The translations under genes were made by a program, and so were the position numbers. Positions 28,543-37,926 of a stretch of 64,000 bases of DNA are shown piece by piece (the stretch's first letter is position 1; the number at the start of each line of letters is the position of its first letter). The stretch comes from Parcubacteria bacterium C7867-001. GTDB taxonomy: Bacteria; Patescibacteriota; Minisyncoccia; Phycocordibacterales; Phycocordibacteraceae. The notes under the pieces are model-generated. The model saw only the letters and a list, made by a program, of their open reading frames with translations. It did not search any database and was not told the DNA's origin. The stretch lies in contig LFCK01000002.1 in NCBI GenBank assembly GCA_001189095.1, positions 131,650-195,649 of the forward strand, given 5' to 3'.

Positions 28543-28662
28543 GCCCGCCCATAAGCCGCGGCTCCCTCTGGGATCCGCGGCTTCGCTCTTATCTAGGAAT
28601 CAGCTGCCTTGCACCCCTACGGGTACCCAGCGGCTTTGCCCCTCGTCAGGTACCCGGCTGCC

Positions 28663-28691
28663 TTGCACAAAAATGACCCTTCCGGTATAGT
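28663..28691 (+). promoter_or_regulatory. sigma70-like promoter for rplC: TTGCAC-17 nt-TATAGT, followed by a ~100-nt leader
   Basis: A second copy of the -35-containing segment (CAGCTGCCTTGCAC) lies 54 bp upstream; the leader could carry an L4-type autoregulatory structure. Confidence 0.5.
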
Positions 28692-28794
28692 CCGTGGGTC
28701 GCTACGTACACCTTTCGGGTGGACCAATGGCCGGGAACGTCCCTCTTGTTGGGGACCGGAACGCGCTGTTGTACAGCGCGAAATTTTTTACCTC

Positions 28795-29427
28795 ATGAAA
28801 TTCATCCTTGCGCGCAAAGACCGCATGACTCAGATCTTCGACGAGAAGGGAGTCGTGCATGCTGGAACCGTCCTCAAGGCGGATCCTTCGGTCGTTACTC
28901 AGGTGAAGACCGTAGACGGCAAGGACGGATACGCAGCGGTGCAGATAGGCTTCGACAAGCAGACGGAAAAGCGTCTCGCGAAGGCTCAGCACAGCAAAGC
29001 ATTTAAAGTACTCAAGGAATTCCGCATCGATAACGTGGCTGATTACACTGTCGGTGGTGAAGCTGGTGTCGATACCTTCGCTGTCGGAGAGGCGGTGCGC
29101 GTCTCGGGCACGAGCAAGGGTCGCGGCTTCGCTGGTGTCGTGAAGCGCTACAACTTCAAGGGAGGTCGCCGCTCGCACGGTCAGAAGCACTCGGAACGCG
29201 AGCGTGGTTCTTCCGGAGGCGGTCCAGGTCGCGCTGGCGGTCGCGTTGCGCTCGGTATGCGCATGGCCGGCCGCATGGGTTCTGAGCGTGTCACCGTCGA
29301 CGGGCTCAAGGTCCTCCATGTGGACGCAAAGGCAGGCGAAATCATCATCTCGGGAGCAATTCCGGGAGCACGCGGCTCGTTGGTCGAGGTCGTGTCAGCA
29401 CCGCTTGGTCAGGGCAAGAAGAAATAA
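28795..29427 (+). CDS. rplC: 50S ribosomal protein L3
   Basis: KGRGFAGVVKRYNFKGG motif; start at MKFILARK, not the upstream in-frame Met. Confidence 0.92.
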   Translation: MKFILARKDRMTQIFDEKGVVHAGTVLKADPSVVTQVKTVDGKDGYAAVQIGFDKQTEKRLAKAQHSKAFKVLKEFRIDNVADYTVGGEAGVDTFAVGEAVRVSGTSKGRGFAGVVKRYNFKGGRRSHGQKHSERERGSSGGGPGRAGGRVALGMRMAGRMGSERVTVDGLKVLHVDAKAGEIIISGAIPGARGSLVEVVSAPLGQGKKK

Positions 29428-29438
29428 TTTACACACGT

Positions 29439-30188
29439 ATGGCTACTGCAAAAAAGACCGTTGCGAAGAAAGCACCCGCAAAACGCGCTCCAAAAGCGCC
29501 TAAGGCAGATGCGCCTATGAATGCTTCTGAAGCAGTCATTTTCGATATGAAGGGTGGTAAGGCAGGCAGCATCGCGCTTCCCGCAGAACTTTTCGCAGTA
29601 AAGTGGAATTCCGATCTCGTACATCAGGTCGTCACCAGCATTGAGGCCAACAAGCGTCCGACGACCGCGAACACCAAGTTCCGCGGGGAAGTCGCCGGCG
29701 GCGGCAAGAAGCCATGGAAGCAGAAGGGAACCGGCCGTGCTCGCCACGGTTCGACTCGCTCTCCTATCTGGAAGGGCGGCGGTATTACGCACGGTCCGCG
29801 CGCTGAACGCGACTACTCCGTAAAGATCAACAAGAAGATGCGTCGCGCAGCGCTTCTCTCGCTCCTCTCCCGCAAGTGGAAGGACGGTGAAATTGTCTTC
29901 GTCGACAAGCTTTCCTTTGCTACCCCTTCGACGAAGGAGGCAGTCGTCGCACTTACTGCAGTCGGTAAGGCTTCGGGTGCCGATATTGTTTCGAAGAAGA
30001 AGAATGCTGCACTCATCGCGTTTGCAACCAAGGATGTGAATGCCGAGAAGAGTGTTCGCAACATGAGCAACGTCGTGTTCGACGAAATTCGCAACCTTAA
30101 CGCGGCTGACCTCGTGACGAAGAAATACCTCGTTATCGAGCGTCCGACGGAAGCCCTCGCGGTGCTTTCGGGCAAACTCTCTAAGTAA
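29439..30188 (+). CDS. rplD: 50S ribosomal protein L4 (with basic N-terminal extension)
   Basis: KPWKQKGTGRARHGS motif. Confidence 0.92.
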   Translation: MATAKKTVAKKAPAKRAPKAPKADAPMNASEAVIFDMKGGKAGSIALPAELFAVKWNSDLVHQVVTSIEANKRPTTANTKFRGEVAGGGKKPWKQKGTGRARHGSTRSPIWKGGGITHGPRAERDYSVKINKKMRRAALLSLLSRKWKDGEIVFVDKLSFATPSTKEAVVALTAVGKASGADIVSKKKNAALIAFATKDVNAEKSVRNMSNVVFDEIRNLNAADLVTKKYLVIERPTEALAVLSGKLSK

Positions 30189-30195
30189 TACTCGT

Positions 30196-30561
30196 ATGGC
30201 ACTCTTTGGAAACAACAAGAAGAAAGCAGTGAAGGCGCCGAAGGCGCAGGCTCCTAAAGCGACAATCGCGGATACGGCGGGCGTGCTTGAAGGCAAACTC
30301 ACGGGCCCATGGTTCTCGGAAAAGGCGCTTATTGGCACCGAGAAGGGTGTCTATGTCTTCTCCATTCCGATGCACAGCACCAAGAAGGATGTCGCCGCAG
30401 CTATCGAGAAGATGTACAAGGTGACGCCGACGCAGGTCCGCATCGCCAATCTTCCCGCAAAGAAGAAGGCGCTCCGCACTCGTCGCGGTGTCGGCTCGCG
30501 CGCACGTCGCCGCAAGGCCTACGTCTACCTCAAGAAGGGTGACACCATCACGTTCGCATAA
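30196..30561 (+). CDS. rplW: 50S ribosomal protein L23
   Basis: uL23 core (EKGVYVF...) with basic extensions. Confidence 0.88.
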   Translation: MALFGNNKKKAVKAPKAQAPKATIADTAGVLEGKLTGPWFSEKALIGTEKGVYVFSIPMHSTKKDVAAAIEKMYKVTPTQVRIANLPAKKKALRTRRGVGSRARRRKAYVYLKKGDTITFA

Positions 30562-30572
30562 CCATTATTCCT

Positions 30573-31415
30573 ATGAAAACTTATCGCCCCTACACGAAGA
30601 GTCGCCGCAACATGACTACCTTGCCGTACAAGGAGCTTCTTTCGGGCGACCGCCCGATGAAGTCGCTCCTCAAGAGCAAGAAGAGTCAGTCGGGACGCAA
30701 CGCCTTCGGCCGCATCACGACGCGCCATCAGGGTGGTGGTCATAAGAAACGCTACCGCGACGTCGATTTCAAATACGACAAGAAGAATATTCCAGCGAAG
30801 GTAGAAACCATCGAATACGATCCGTACCGCACTGCATTCATCGCTCGCGCACTCTTCGCAGACGGCGAACGCCGTTATGTGCTCGCACCAAAGGACCTCA
30901 AGGTCGGTGATCCGTTCATCGTTTCTGAAACTGCGCCGGTAAAGGTGGGCAACCGCCTTCCGCTCGGCCAGATTCCGACGGGTACGTTCATCTACAACAT
31001 CGAGCTCAAAGTCGGTGCTGGTTCACGCCTCGTCCGCTCGGCAGGCAATTACGCAGAAGTCGTCGCTCACGACGCAGGTTTCGCACAGATCAAGCTTCCG
31101 TCGACCGAAATCCGCAAGGTCTCCGACCTCTGCTGGGCATCGGTTGGTGCGGTTGGCAACGAAAACTCGCGCCTCGTGAAGTTCGGTAAGGCAGGTCGCA
31201 GCCGCTGGATGGGTATCCGTCCGACCGTTCGTGGTACTGCCATGAACGCGGTTGATCACCCACACGGTGGTGGTGAAGGACGTCAGGGCCGCGGTCTCCG
31301 TCGCGCAAAGAGCATGTGGGGCAAGCCGACCGGCAAGGGTCAGAAGTCCCGCACGCCGAAGAAATACTCCAACGTGTTCATCGTTTCTCGTCGCAAGGTC
31401 GGCAAGAAGGGATAA
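30573..31415 (+). CDS. rplB: 50S ribosomal protein L2
   Basis: GGGHKKRYR and HPHGGGEGR motifs. Confidence 0.95.
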   Translation: MKTYRPYTKSRRNMTTLPYKELLSGDRPMKSLLKSKKSQSGRNAFGRITTRHQGGGHKKRYRDVDFKYDKKNIPAKVETIEYDPYRTAFIARALFADGERRYVLAPKDLKVGDPFIVSETAPVKVGNRLPLGQIPTGTFIYNIELKVGAGSRLVRSAGNYAEVVAHDAGFAQIKLPSTEIRKVSDLCWASVGAVGNENSRLVKFGKAGRSRWMGIRPTVRGTAMNAVDHPHGGGEGRQGRGLRRAKSMWGKPTGKGQKSRTPKKYSNVFIVSRRKVGKKG

Positions 31416-31455
31416 AACAAAAAGCCCCGCTTTCGCGGGGCTTTTTGTTTCTGCT
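31416..31455. terminator. bidirectional terminator (AAAAGCCCCGC-TTTC-GCGGGGCTTTTTG)
   Basis: Lies where rpsS would normally follow rplB; convergent with a minus-strand gene. Confidence 0.65.
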
Positions 31456-31456
31456 T

Positions 31457-32116
31457 TTATGATGGCGGATGCTTTTCCTCGTAGAGCTTTACGATCTCGC
31501 GAACGAATTTCCGATCACGCTCCTTGTTTTCGTCAGTGAGTTTCTCGTATGGATCAAGCTGGTCAATGAGATCGGTAAGTCGTGCATCTGCTCGAGCAGC
31601 TTCTTCGTTGGCGAAACCACCTTGCTTCATGCGAATGCTAATTTCTCGCTTCAGGTCCTCCCCGTTACGGAGGAACCACTGTTCGTGTATTGCGTTGGCA
31701 GTTGCATCAATGAATGTCTCGTTGAGCGGCGTTCCATTGCGCGCCGCTCGGTATACGGATTCGATCGCGTAGTCATAGCTTGCGAGCGAGTCTTCCTGTC
31801 GGCTGGGCGGAAGTTCGTCGAACGAGTATGACGCAATGTCGACTGCAGGAACCGCTTCATCTCCGAAATCAGGATCTTTTCCTACGCGCTCCGGATGTTT
31901 CTTCATCCACATCCCGTCCTGCTCTGCGTGCAGCGGCTTGAAACGAGATTTGATAGTTTCGGTCCCGTCGGGGTTCTGTATGCGCCGACCCTCTCGGTAT
32001 TTCTCATGGTTCGCGCTCGCTTGAGTGCGGAAACCGGCAATCATCTCCTTTTCCTCAATAGACAGAGGGCTCACCTCCTTTTTTTTGCTGCCTCCCATGA
32101 ATCGTTCGAAAAACAT
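31457..32116 (-). CDS. hypothetical protein (219 aa, charged, no TM)
   Basis: Long ORF; last gene of a three-gene minus-strand insert within the S10 cluster. Confidence 0.5.
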   Translation of the reverse strand: MFFERFMGGSKKKEVSPLSIEEKEMIAGFRTQASANHEKYREGRRIQNPDGTETIKSRFKPLHAEQDGMWMKKHPERVGKDPDFGDEAVPAVDIASYSFDELPPSRQEDSLASYDYAIESVYRAARNGTPLNETFIDATANAIHEQWFLRNGEDLKREISIRMKQGGFANEEAARADARLTDLIDQLDPYEKLTDENKERDRKFVREIVKLYEEKHPPS

Positions 32117-32163
32117 ACTAGTGCTGTAACTGATAATGCTCTAACTATAAACGGAAGCTGCCA

Positions 32164-32994
32164 CTACTGGTACTTAGTTTTAAGAATTGCCTTGAGGTCG
32201 GAGAGGGGAATGCGAAGGGTTTGCGGACCGGCGGCGTACGCAGCAACTTGATACGGCGGGAAGAGAATAACGAGTGTTTTTCCATCGAGATAGAAACTTT
32301 GGAAATTGTCGCCGTCTGCGGAAGCTCCGTCATTGATGGCCTGCATGTCGACCTGTGAGATCGAGACACCTTCTGCTTTTGCGATGATTGCGGGAAGTTT
32401 TGCTCGAGCGAGCGAGGATATCTTTCCGAGGTAGTCGCTGTTCGGGGTGAAGAGGTCGCCAAACAATACGCCGGCTCCTGTTGCCGAATCGAAGGTAAAG
32501 GTGCGGTAGAACCCGTTACCGTGCGCACCGAGGGTATCTTCATAGATATCGAGCACGTAGGAGATGGTCATTGGTGAAGTGTAGAGTTTGTAGTCGATTG
32601 TGAGCGTGTATTTGCGGCCCTGATCGAGTCCTTGAATCTTGATATCTTCTGCGGTGAGATTTGCGAAATTGCCGTTCTCCTTGAAGCTTTCTATGGTGTT
32701 CTGCTCGAATCCTTTGATTGCGCTTACTGCGCGCTGATCCGCGAGCGCTCCAGCGGTCTTTTTGAGCGGTGTCTCACCAGGGTAGGACGTCGAGATGTCG
32801 TAATATTTTCCGTTCTCTTCGATGGATTTGGGTCCAATCGCAGATACGCTTCCTTCGTCGGTCGAGGTTGCGGTTTCAGACGGACGAGTAAATACGGAAA
32901 GAAGCGGCGACCACGATGGATAGGTGATGTAGAGGCCTTCGCCGACAACGAGGAGGATAAGAACGATAACAAGCGGCGATTTGAGGTGTTCCAT
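32164..32994 (-). CDS. DUF4163/DUF3298 (RsiV/PdaC-like) domain protein with N-terminal TM anchor
   Basis: N-terminal TM helix; C-terminal ...ILFPPYQVAAYAAGPQTLRIPLSDLK matches the DUF3298 signature. Confidence 0.6.
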   Translation of the reverse strand: MEHLKSPLVIVLILLVVGEGLYITYPSWSPLLSVFTRPSETATSTDEGSVSAIGPKSIEENGKYYDISTSYPGETPLKKTAGALADQRAVSAIKGFEQNTIESFKENGNFANLTAEDIKIQGLDQGRKYTLTIDYKLYTSPMTISYVLDIYEDTLGAHGNGFYRTFTFDSATGAGVLFGDLFTPNSDYLGKISSLARAKLPAIIAKAEGVSISQVDMQAINDGASADGDNFQSFYLDGKTLVILFPPYQVAAYAAGPQTLRIPLSDLKAILKTKYQ

Positions 32995-33063
32995 ATCACC
33001 CCATCTTAGCGCACGGAACATGAAGGAAATGCAAAGCCCCGCGCGTAGCGCGGGGCTGTATGG

Positions 33064-33630
33064 TTAGACGCCGAGACGTTTCCTTTGTTTGCGAAGGCCG
33101 ACGAGCCCACGATGCTCTTCGAGCACCTCGCGTTCAGCTCGAGCCTGAAAAATCTGATCGAGCGAGTATTGTCTCGTCGAATACAGGAAGTTCCCACCGA
33201 TGGAGAGTGCCCGCTGCCATTCGGCGTCGAGCATCGCTCCAAAGATTTTAATCTCCGGGTGCTGCTTGTAGGGCTTGTCCTGAGCTGCGAATCCGAGATG
33301 GGACGTATCGGGAATCTTGAAGTGATTCGCGACCGTTCCGTACATAACGTAGTTCGTTCCGGGATTCGCAAGGTCCGGCCTTGATTCGAAGGCGAGCGCA
33401 AGCACGCACTCGTTGTCGTAGCTGTCGTGCGCACGGAATCGGCAGGTGCCGTCCTCCTGTGGCTCGAACATGTTTCGGTGCCAACCGGCAGGAGCGTGCT
33501 CCCGAAGCCATTTGATGCCGCGAGCGACACGGCGCTCGGTAAGGAGCCTGCTCAGTCGATCAGGATCAGTACGCCGGAGCCGAAGATACTCGAGCGATTT
33601 CGCCAAAATTTCCTCTTTTGAGGGTTTCAT
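33064..33630 (-). CDS. hypothetical protein (188 aa)
   Basis: Strong SD TAGGAGGT 6 nt before ATG (start taken at MKPSKEEIL); GC hairpin downstream at 33034..33057. Confidence 0.5.
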   Translation of the reverse strand: MKPSKEEILAKSLEYLRLRRTDPDRLSRLLTERRVARGIKWLREHAPAGWHRNMFEPQEDGTCRFRAHDSYDNECVLALAFESRPDLANPGTNYVMYGTVANHFKIPDTSHLGFAAQDKPYKQHPEIKIFGAMLDAEWQRALSIGGNFLYSTRQYSLDQIFQARAEREVLEEHRGLVGLRKQRKRLGV

Positions 33631-33858
33631 TGAATACCTCCTAAGGTTCAACCTAAGCGAAACCCTAGCATGGGGAGCACCGTTTGACACCCATACGCTT
33701 TTCCTATAGATTGCTCCTATCCGCAAACACGCGGGTTCTGGCCGCTTCTGGCCTTAGGGAGCCTAAACGCTTTCAAAAACCGAGCTTCTGCACCGTATAG
33801 CGGTCGTTAGCTCGGCCGAATTTGTTTAACCCAAAAACCACTTTTACCTACCCAATTC

Positions 33859-34200
33859 ATGTCCCGATCGCTTAAAAAAGGGCCGTACGTCGCCGTAAAG
33901 CTCATGAAAAAGATCAAGGATAAGAAACCAGCTTCGGCGGGGGTTATTAAGACGTGGGCACGGAACTCGCAAATCGCTCCTGAATTCGTGGGCTTCACCT
34001 TCGGGGTCCATAACGGCAAGCAGCACGTCGAAGTGCTCGTAACCGAGGATATGGTGGGTCACCGCCTTGGTGAATTTTCGCCGACTAAGAAGTTCATCCG
34101 TCACGGAGGAAAGATGCAGAAGGAGCTCGAGCAGAAGAAGAAGGACTCTGAAATCGCAGCCGCTAAGGCTTCGAAGGAGGCTCCCGCAGCCAAGAAATAA
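33859..34200 (+). CDS. rpsS: 30S ribosomal protein S19 (with Lys/Ala-rich C-terminal extension)
   Basis: SLKKGP...NGKQHVEV...GHRLGEF core. Confidence 0.92.
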   Translation: MSRSLKKGPYVAVKLMKKIKDKKPASAGVIKTWARNSQIAPEFVGFTFGVHNGKQHVEVLVTEDMVGHRLGEFSPTKKFIRHGGKMQKELEQKKKDSEIAAAKASKEAPAAKK

Positions 34201-34203
34201 GGT

Positions 34204-34533
34204 ATGAAAGCAACGCTCGCCAGCTACAATCAGACGCCACGCAAGGTCCGCCTCGTAACGGATCTCGTGAAGGGGAAGCGTGTCGAGGACGCGCTTGTCG
34301 CCCTTTCCTTCCTCCCAAAGCGCGCTGCAGCTCCTATCAAGAAGCTCATCGAGAGTGCCGTTGCGAATGCCGTCTCCAAGGGCGAGAAGAAGGAAGCGCT
34401 TCGCGTGAAGAACATCAATGTCGATTCGGCAGGGATGCTCGTGAAGTACATGCCGCGCGCCATGGGCCGTGCAGCGCCGATTCGCCGCCGCAAGAGTCAG
34501 GTGACGGTTACCCTTAGCGCGGAAACCAAATAA
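34204..34533 (+). CDS. rplV: 50S ribosomal protein L22
   Basis: uL22 core; 3-nt spacing from rpsS. Confidence 0.9.
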   Translation: MKATLASYNQTPRKVRLVTDLVKGKRVEDALVALSFLPKRAAAPIKKLIESAVANAVSKGEKKEALRVKNINVDSAGMLVKYMPRAMGRAAPIRRRKSQVTVTLSAETK

Positions 34534-34537
34534 TTTT

Positions 34538-35242
34538 ATGACGCATACCGTACATCCTTACGCACATCGCCTCGGCATCATCCGTGACTGGAAGAGCCGT
34601 TGGTTCGCTGCAGATAAGAAGAGCTACCGCGAGAACGTCGTGGTCGATGCTGCTATCCGCGCCTACCTCAAGAAGAAGCTTCGCACCATGCATGTTTCTG
34701 AAATCGAAGTCGAACGCTCGGCGAACGAAGTCCGTGTCATCCTCCACACCGCCCGCCCTGGTCTCGTCATTGGCCGCTCAGGTGAAAACGCAGGAAAGCT
34801 CCGCGGCGAGCTCGCTACGCTCGTGAAGAAGGTCGCTCCGAACCACGCTCGCGCCGTGAAGCTCGACATCATGGAAATCCGCCAGCCGGAAACGGATGCG
34901 GCAATTGTCGGCTACATGGTCGCTGAAGGTCTTGAGAAGCGCCTCCCATTCCGACGCGTCCTCAAGGGCACGGTAGAGAAGGTTATGGCGGTCCGCGAGG
35001 TCATCGGTGTGCGCATCGTTATCTCTGGTCGTCTTGGTGGCGCAGATATGAGCCGCACCGAGCAGATCAAGAAGGGTCGCATCCCGCTTCAGACTTTCCG
35101 TGCAAACATCGACTACGCTCATCAGGAGGCGCACCTCCCGTACGGCCAGATCGGCATCAAGGTCTGGATCTACCTCGGCGATACGCATGCAGAGCGCGCA
35201 GCTCGTCCGGTCACTGAGCCTCGTCCGGCATCGCGCGCATAA
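34538..35242 (+). CDS. rpsC: 30S ribosomal protein S3
   Basis: HPYAHRLGIIRDWKSRWFA N-terminus, KH domain and C-terminal domain. Confidence 0.93.
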   Translation: MTHTVHPYAHRLGIIRDWKSRWFAADKKSYRENVVVDAAIRAYLKKKLRTMHVSEIEVERSANEVRVILHTARPGLVIGRSGENAGKLRGELATLVKKVAPNHARAVKLDIMEIRQPETDAAIVGYMVAEGLEKRLPFRRVLKGTVEKVMAVREVIGVRIVISGRLGGADMSRTEQIKKGRIPLQTFRANIDYAHQEAHLPYGQIGIKVWIYLGDTHAERAARPVTEPRPASRA

Positions 35243-35251
35243 TATTTTCGT

Positions 35252-35677
35252 ATGTTGTTTCCTAAGAAAGTAAAACATCGCAAGTGGCAGACGGGACGAA
35301 AGAGTCCGGAGCGCCTTGCACGCCCCGATACGCGCGGTACGACCGTTGCGTTCGGTTCCCATGGCATGAAGGCAACAACTGCTTCTCGCGTCACGAGCAA
35401 CCAGATCGAGGCAGCTCGTAAGGTTCTTACTCGTGCAACGGGTAAGGGCGGCAAACTTTGGATCCGCATCTTCCCTGATCGTCCGATCACGATGAAGCCG
35501 GCTGAAGTGGGCATGGGTTCGGGTAAGGGTGATCCGAAGTACTTCGTATTCGAAGTGCGTCCGGGTCGCGTGCTCTTCGAGCTTGATGGTGTCGCTGACG
35601 CTGTCGCTCGCGACGCAATGCGCCGCGCTGGCTCAAAGCTTCCGCTTAAGACTACAGTCATCACCCGCAGCCACTAA
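35252..35677 (+). CDS. rplP: 50S ribosomal protein L16
   Basis: MLFPKKVKHRKWQTGR N-terminus. Confidence 0.93.
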   Translation: MLFPKKVKHRKWQTGRKSPERLARPDTRGTTVAFGSHGMKATTASRVTSNQIEAARKVLTRATGKGGKLWIRIFPDRPITMKPAEVGMGSGKGDPKYFVFEVRPGRVLFELDGVADAVARDAMRRAGSKLPLKTTVITRSH

Positions 35678-35683
35678 TTTCCT

Positions 35684-35881
35684 ATGAAAAAGAATCCCCT
35701 CAAAGAAAAGACCCCCGCAGAGCTCCTAAAGATGCTCGGAGAGAAACGCGAAGAGCTTCGCGCGTACCGTTTTGCGTCGGTTGGCGCACGTCCGAAGGAC
35801 ACGAATCAGGGTGCGAAACTCCGCAAGGAAATTGCCCGCATCTTGACGGAACTCGCACTTCGTAAGAAGGTGGCTGCATAA
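35684..35881 (+). CDS. rpmC: 50S ribosomal protein L29
   Basis: 65-aa helical protein (TPAELLKMLGEKREELRAYRFA). Confidence 0.85.
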   Translation: MKKNPLKEKTPAELLKMLGEKREELRAYRFASVGARPKDTNQGAKLRKEIARILTELALRKKVAA

Positions 35882-35886
35882 CCCAT

Positions 35887-36153
35887 ATGGAAACCACCAC
35901 TCCTCGCCCCCAGAGCTTCCGCGGAACCGTCGTTAAGACGGCCATGAAGGACACGGCTACCGTGCTCGTGTCTCGCTACGTGAAGCACCCGAAGTACAAG
36001 AAGTACCGCACCCTTTCAAAGAAGTACCTCGTCCACGATGAGGGAAACACGGCGAAAGTAGGGGATGAGGTCACGATTGTTGCGTGCCGCCCGATAAGCA
36101 AGCTCAAGCGCTTCAAACTCGCGTCGACCCAGAAGTCGGCATCTGCTGAATAA
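35887..36153 (+). CDS. rpsQ: 30S ribosomal protein S17
   Basis: uS17 OB-fold sequence (GTVVKTAMKDTATV...). Confidence 0.9.
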   Translation: METTTPRPQSFRGTVVKTAMKDTATVLVSRYVKHPKYKKYRTLSKKYLVHDEGNTAKVGDEVTIVACRPISKLKRFKLASTQKSASAE

Positions 36154-36158
36154 TATTT

Positions 36159-36536
36159 ATGTTGCAAGATCGAGCCATCGTTACCGTTGCAGACAATTCC
36201 GGCGCCAAAGTCGGACGCGTGTTCAAGATTCTCGGCGGTTCAAAGAAGCGCTATGCAGAAATCGGCGACGTTGTGGTTATTTCCATCCAGACGGCAGAGC
36301 CACGCAAGGCAGTGAAGAAGAAGGATATCTACAAAGCAGTTGTCGTTCGTCAGCGAAAGCCGTACCGCCGCAACAACGGTTCGTACGTTTCGTTCGACGA
36401 CAACGCCGTTGTCATCATCGAGAAGCAGGGCAAGGAAATGGGACCAAAGGGTAACCGTGTATTCGGTCCGGTTCCGCGCGACCTCGTTGATCGCGGTTGG
36501 CAGAACATCGCTTCGCTCGCGCCTGAAATCGTCTAA
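36159..36536 (+). CDS. rplN: 50S ribosomal protein L14
   Basis: MLQDRAIVTVADNSGAK N-terminus. Confidence 0.95.
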   Translation: MLQDRAIVTVADNSGAKVGRVFKILGGSKKRYAEIGDVVVISIQTAEPRKAVKKKDIYKAVVVRQRKPYRRNNGSYVSFDDNAVVIIEKQGKEMGPKGNRVFGPVPRDLVDRGWQNIASLAPEIV

Positions 36537-36542
36537 ACTCCT

Positions 36543-36836
36543 ATGAACTCCCGAATGAAAAAGCAGAAGAATGCAAAAGGTAAGCCGCGCCGCAGCTATG
36601 TAGCGCCGGTGGCTATCAAGATGCACGTTAAGAAGGGCGACAAGGTGAAGGTCCTTTCTGGCAAGGATAAGGGCAAGACCGGCACTATCCTTCGCGCGCT
36701 TCCGAAAGAGAATCGCGTCATCATCGAAGGCGTCGGCATGGTGAAGCGCCATACGCGCGCAAAGGCCGGACAGTCGAGCCGCATCATCGAAGTGGCACGC
36801 TCTATCCATGCGTCGAACGTCGTAAAGACTGCGTAA
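36543..36836 (+). CDS. rplX: 50S ribosomal protein L24
   Basis: KOW motif [22 protein letters not shown]. Confidence 0.9.
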   Translation: MNSRMKKQKNAKGKPRRSYVAPVAIKMHVKKGDKVKVLSGKDKGKTGTILRALPKENRVIIEGVGMVKRHTRAKAGQSSRIIEVARSIHASNVVKTA

Positions 36837-36847
36837 CGAATATTTTT

Positions 36848-37381
36848 ATGATGCTTTCAAAACAAAAACAGCAGACCGCCTTCGAAGCGCTTTCCGAATC
36901 GCAGGGCTACACCAACCGCATGGCGGCTCCCCGCATCATGAAGGTTATTGTGTCGTCAGGTGTTGGTAAGAAGCGTGACAAGAACCAGCTCGCGCTCGTT
37001 GAGGATCGCCTTACCCGCATCACCGGCCAGAAGCCGTCGGCTCGTCCGGCAAAAGCGTCTATCGCACAGTTCAAGATGCGCGAGGGCGACATTGTCGGTT
37101 TTCAGGTGACCATGCGCGGTGGTCGCATGTACGACTTCCTCGATAAGCTCATCCACATCGCGCTTCCGCGCACACGCGACTTCCGCGGCATCAACACGAG
37201 TGCCGTCGATGATATGGGCAACCTCACCATCGGACTCCGCGAGAACACCATTTTCCCAGAGACCGCAGACGAAGACCTTAAGGACGTGTTCGGTCTTGCT
37301 GTCACGGTCGTTACGACCGCGAAGACGAAGGAAGAAGCACTCGCATTCTTCCGCCACTTGGGGATACCATTTCAGGCCTAA
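36848..37381 (+). CDS. rplE: 50S ribosomal protein L5
   Basis: uL5 core (NRMAAPRIMKVIV..., FRGI). Confidence 0.93.
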   Translation: MMLSKQKQQTAFEALSESQGYTNRMAAPRIMKVIVSSGVGKKRDKNQLALVEDRLTRITGQKPSARPAKASIAQFKMREGDIVGFQVTMRGGRMYDFLDKLIHIALPRTRDFRGINTSAVDDMGNLTIGLRENTIFPETADEDLKDVFGLAVTVVTTAKTKEEALAFFRHLGIPFQA

Positions 37382-37393
37382 GCTAGGCCACCG

Positions 37394-37432
37394 TTTGAAA
37401 ACGCGGCGCCGTAAGGCGCCGCGTTTTCGCTT
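37394..37432 (+). terminator. intrinsic terminator (AAAACGCGGCGCC-GTAA-GGCGCCGCGTTTTCGC)
   Basis: Sits where rpsN would normally follow rplE. Confidence 0.6.
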
Positions 37433-37495
37433 GACGTATTTCCTAAGAGGAATAGCGTTAGCGGTACCTTCAGCCAACCAACAAGGGAGGAAGAC

Positions 37496-37921
37496 ATGAG
37501 GGTACTGCTGGTAGCGTTCGCGTGCTGCATCGGGTATGCCCCGTTCGCAGCTGCGCAAACGAACGATCTTTCGATAGAAGTTGCAATCGACGTGCCGAAA
37601 ATCGCGACCGTCGATCCTGACCCGATCAAGCTCAAAATCGATGTCGGGTACGAACGGCGCACGCCGGACAACGAGAAGGAATGGTATCTCGAGGAGCGGC
37701 GCCCAAGCTTCATCGGACCGCAAACCGAATACCTCGCCATCTCGGCTCCGGTCTGGAAACCGTCCGAAAATACCGAGGTGAAGGCGTGGCGCATCAGCAC
37801 CAAGGCGCGCGGGGACCCGTTCCCGTACGAGAACCTCAGGATTCCTGATGGCTCGCCCGACGTGCTTGGCCGTGTGGAGGAGAAGTCCTTCTACGGCATC
37901 AGCTTCACGTGGCGGCACTGA
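37496..37921 (+). CDS. small secreted hypothetical protein (141 aa; signal peptide MRVLLVAFACCIGYAPFAAAQ)
   Basis: SD GGGAGGAAG before ATG; cleavable signal peptide; hairpin terminator downstream. Confidence 0.55.
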   Translation: MRVLLVAFACCIGYAPFAAAQTNDLSIEVAIDVPKIATVDPDPIKLKIDVGYERRTPDNEKEWYLEERRPSFIGPQTEYLAISAPVWKPSENTEVKAWRISTKARGDPFPYENLRIPDGSPDVLGRVEEKSFYGISFTWRH

Positions 37922-37926
37922 AAACT

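Noticed and set aside
28601-28670. Direct repeat CAGCTGCCTTGCAC...CGGCTGCCTTGCAC upstream of rplC
   Set aside because: Only two short copies; interpreted as a duplicated -35 region of the rplC promoter, not a CRISPR or other repeat array.
29409-30338. 309-aa minus-strand ORF
   Set aside because: Antisense to rplD/rplW.
36956-37918. 320-aa minus-strand ORF
   Set aside because: Antisense to rplE and the secreted-protein gene.
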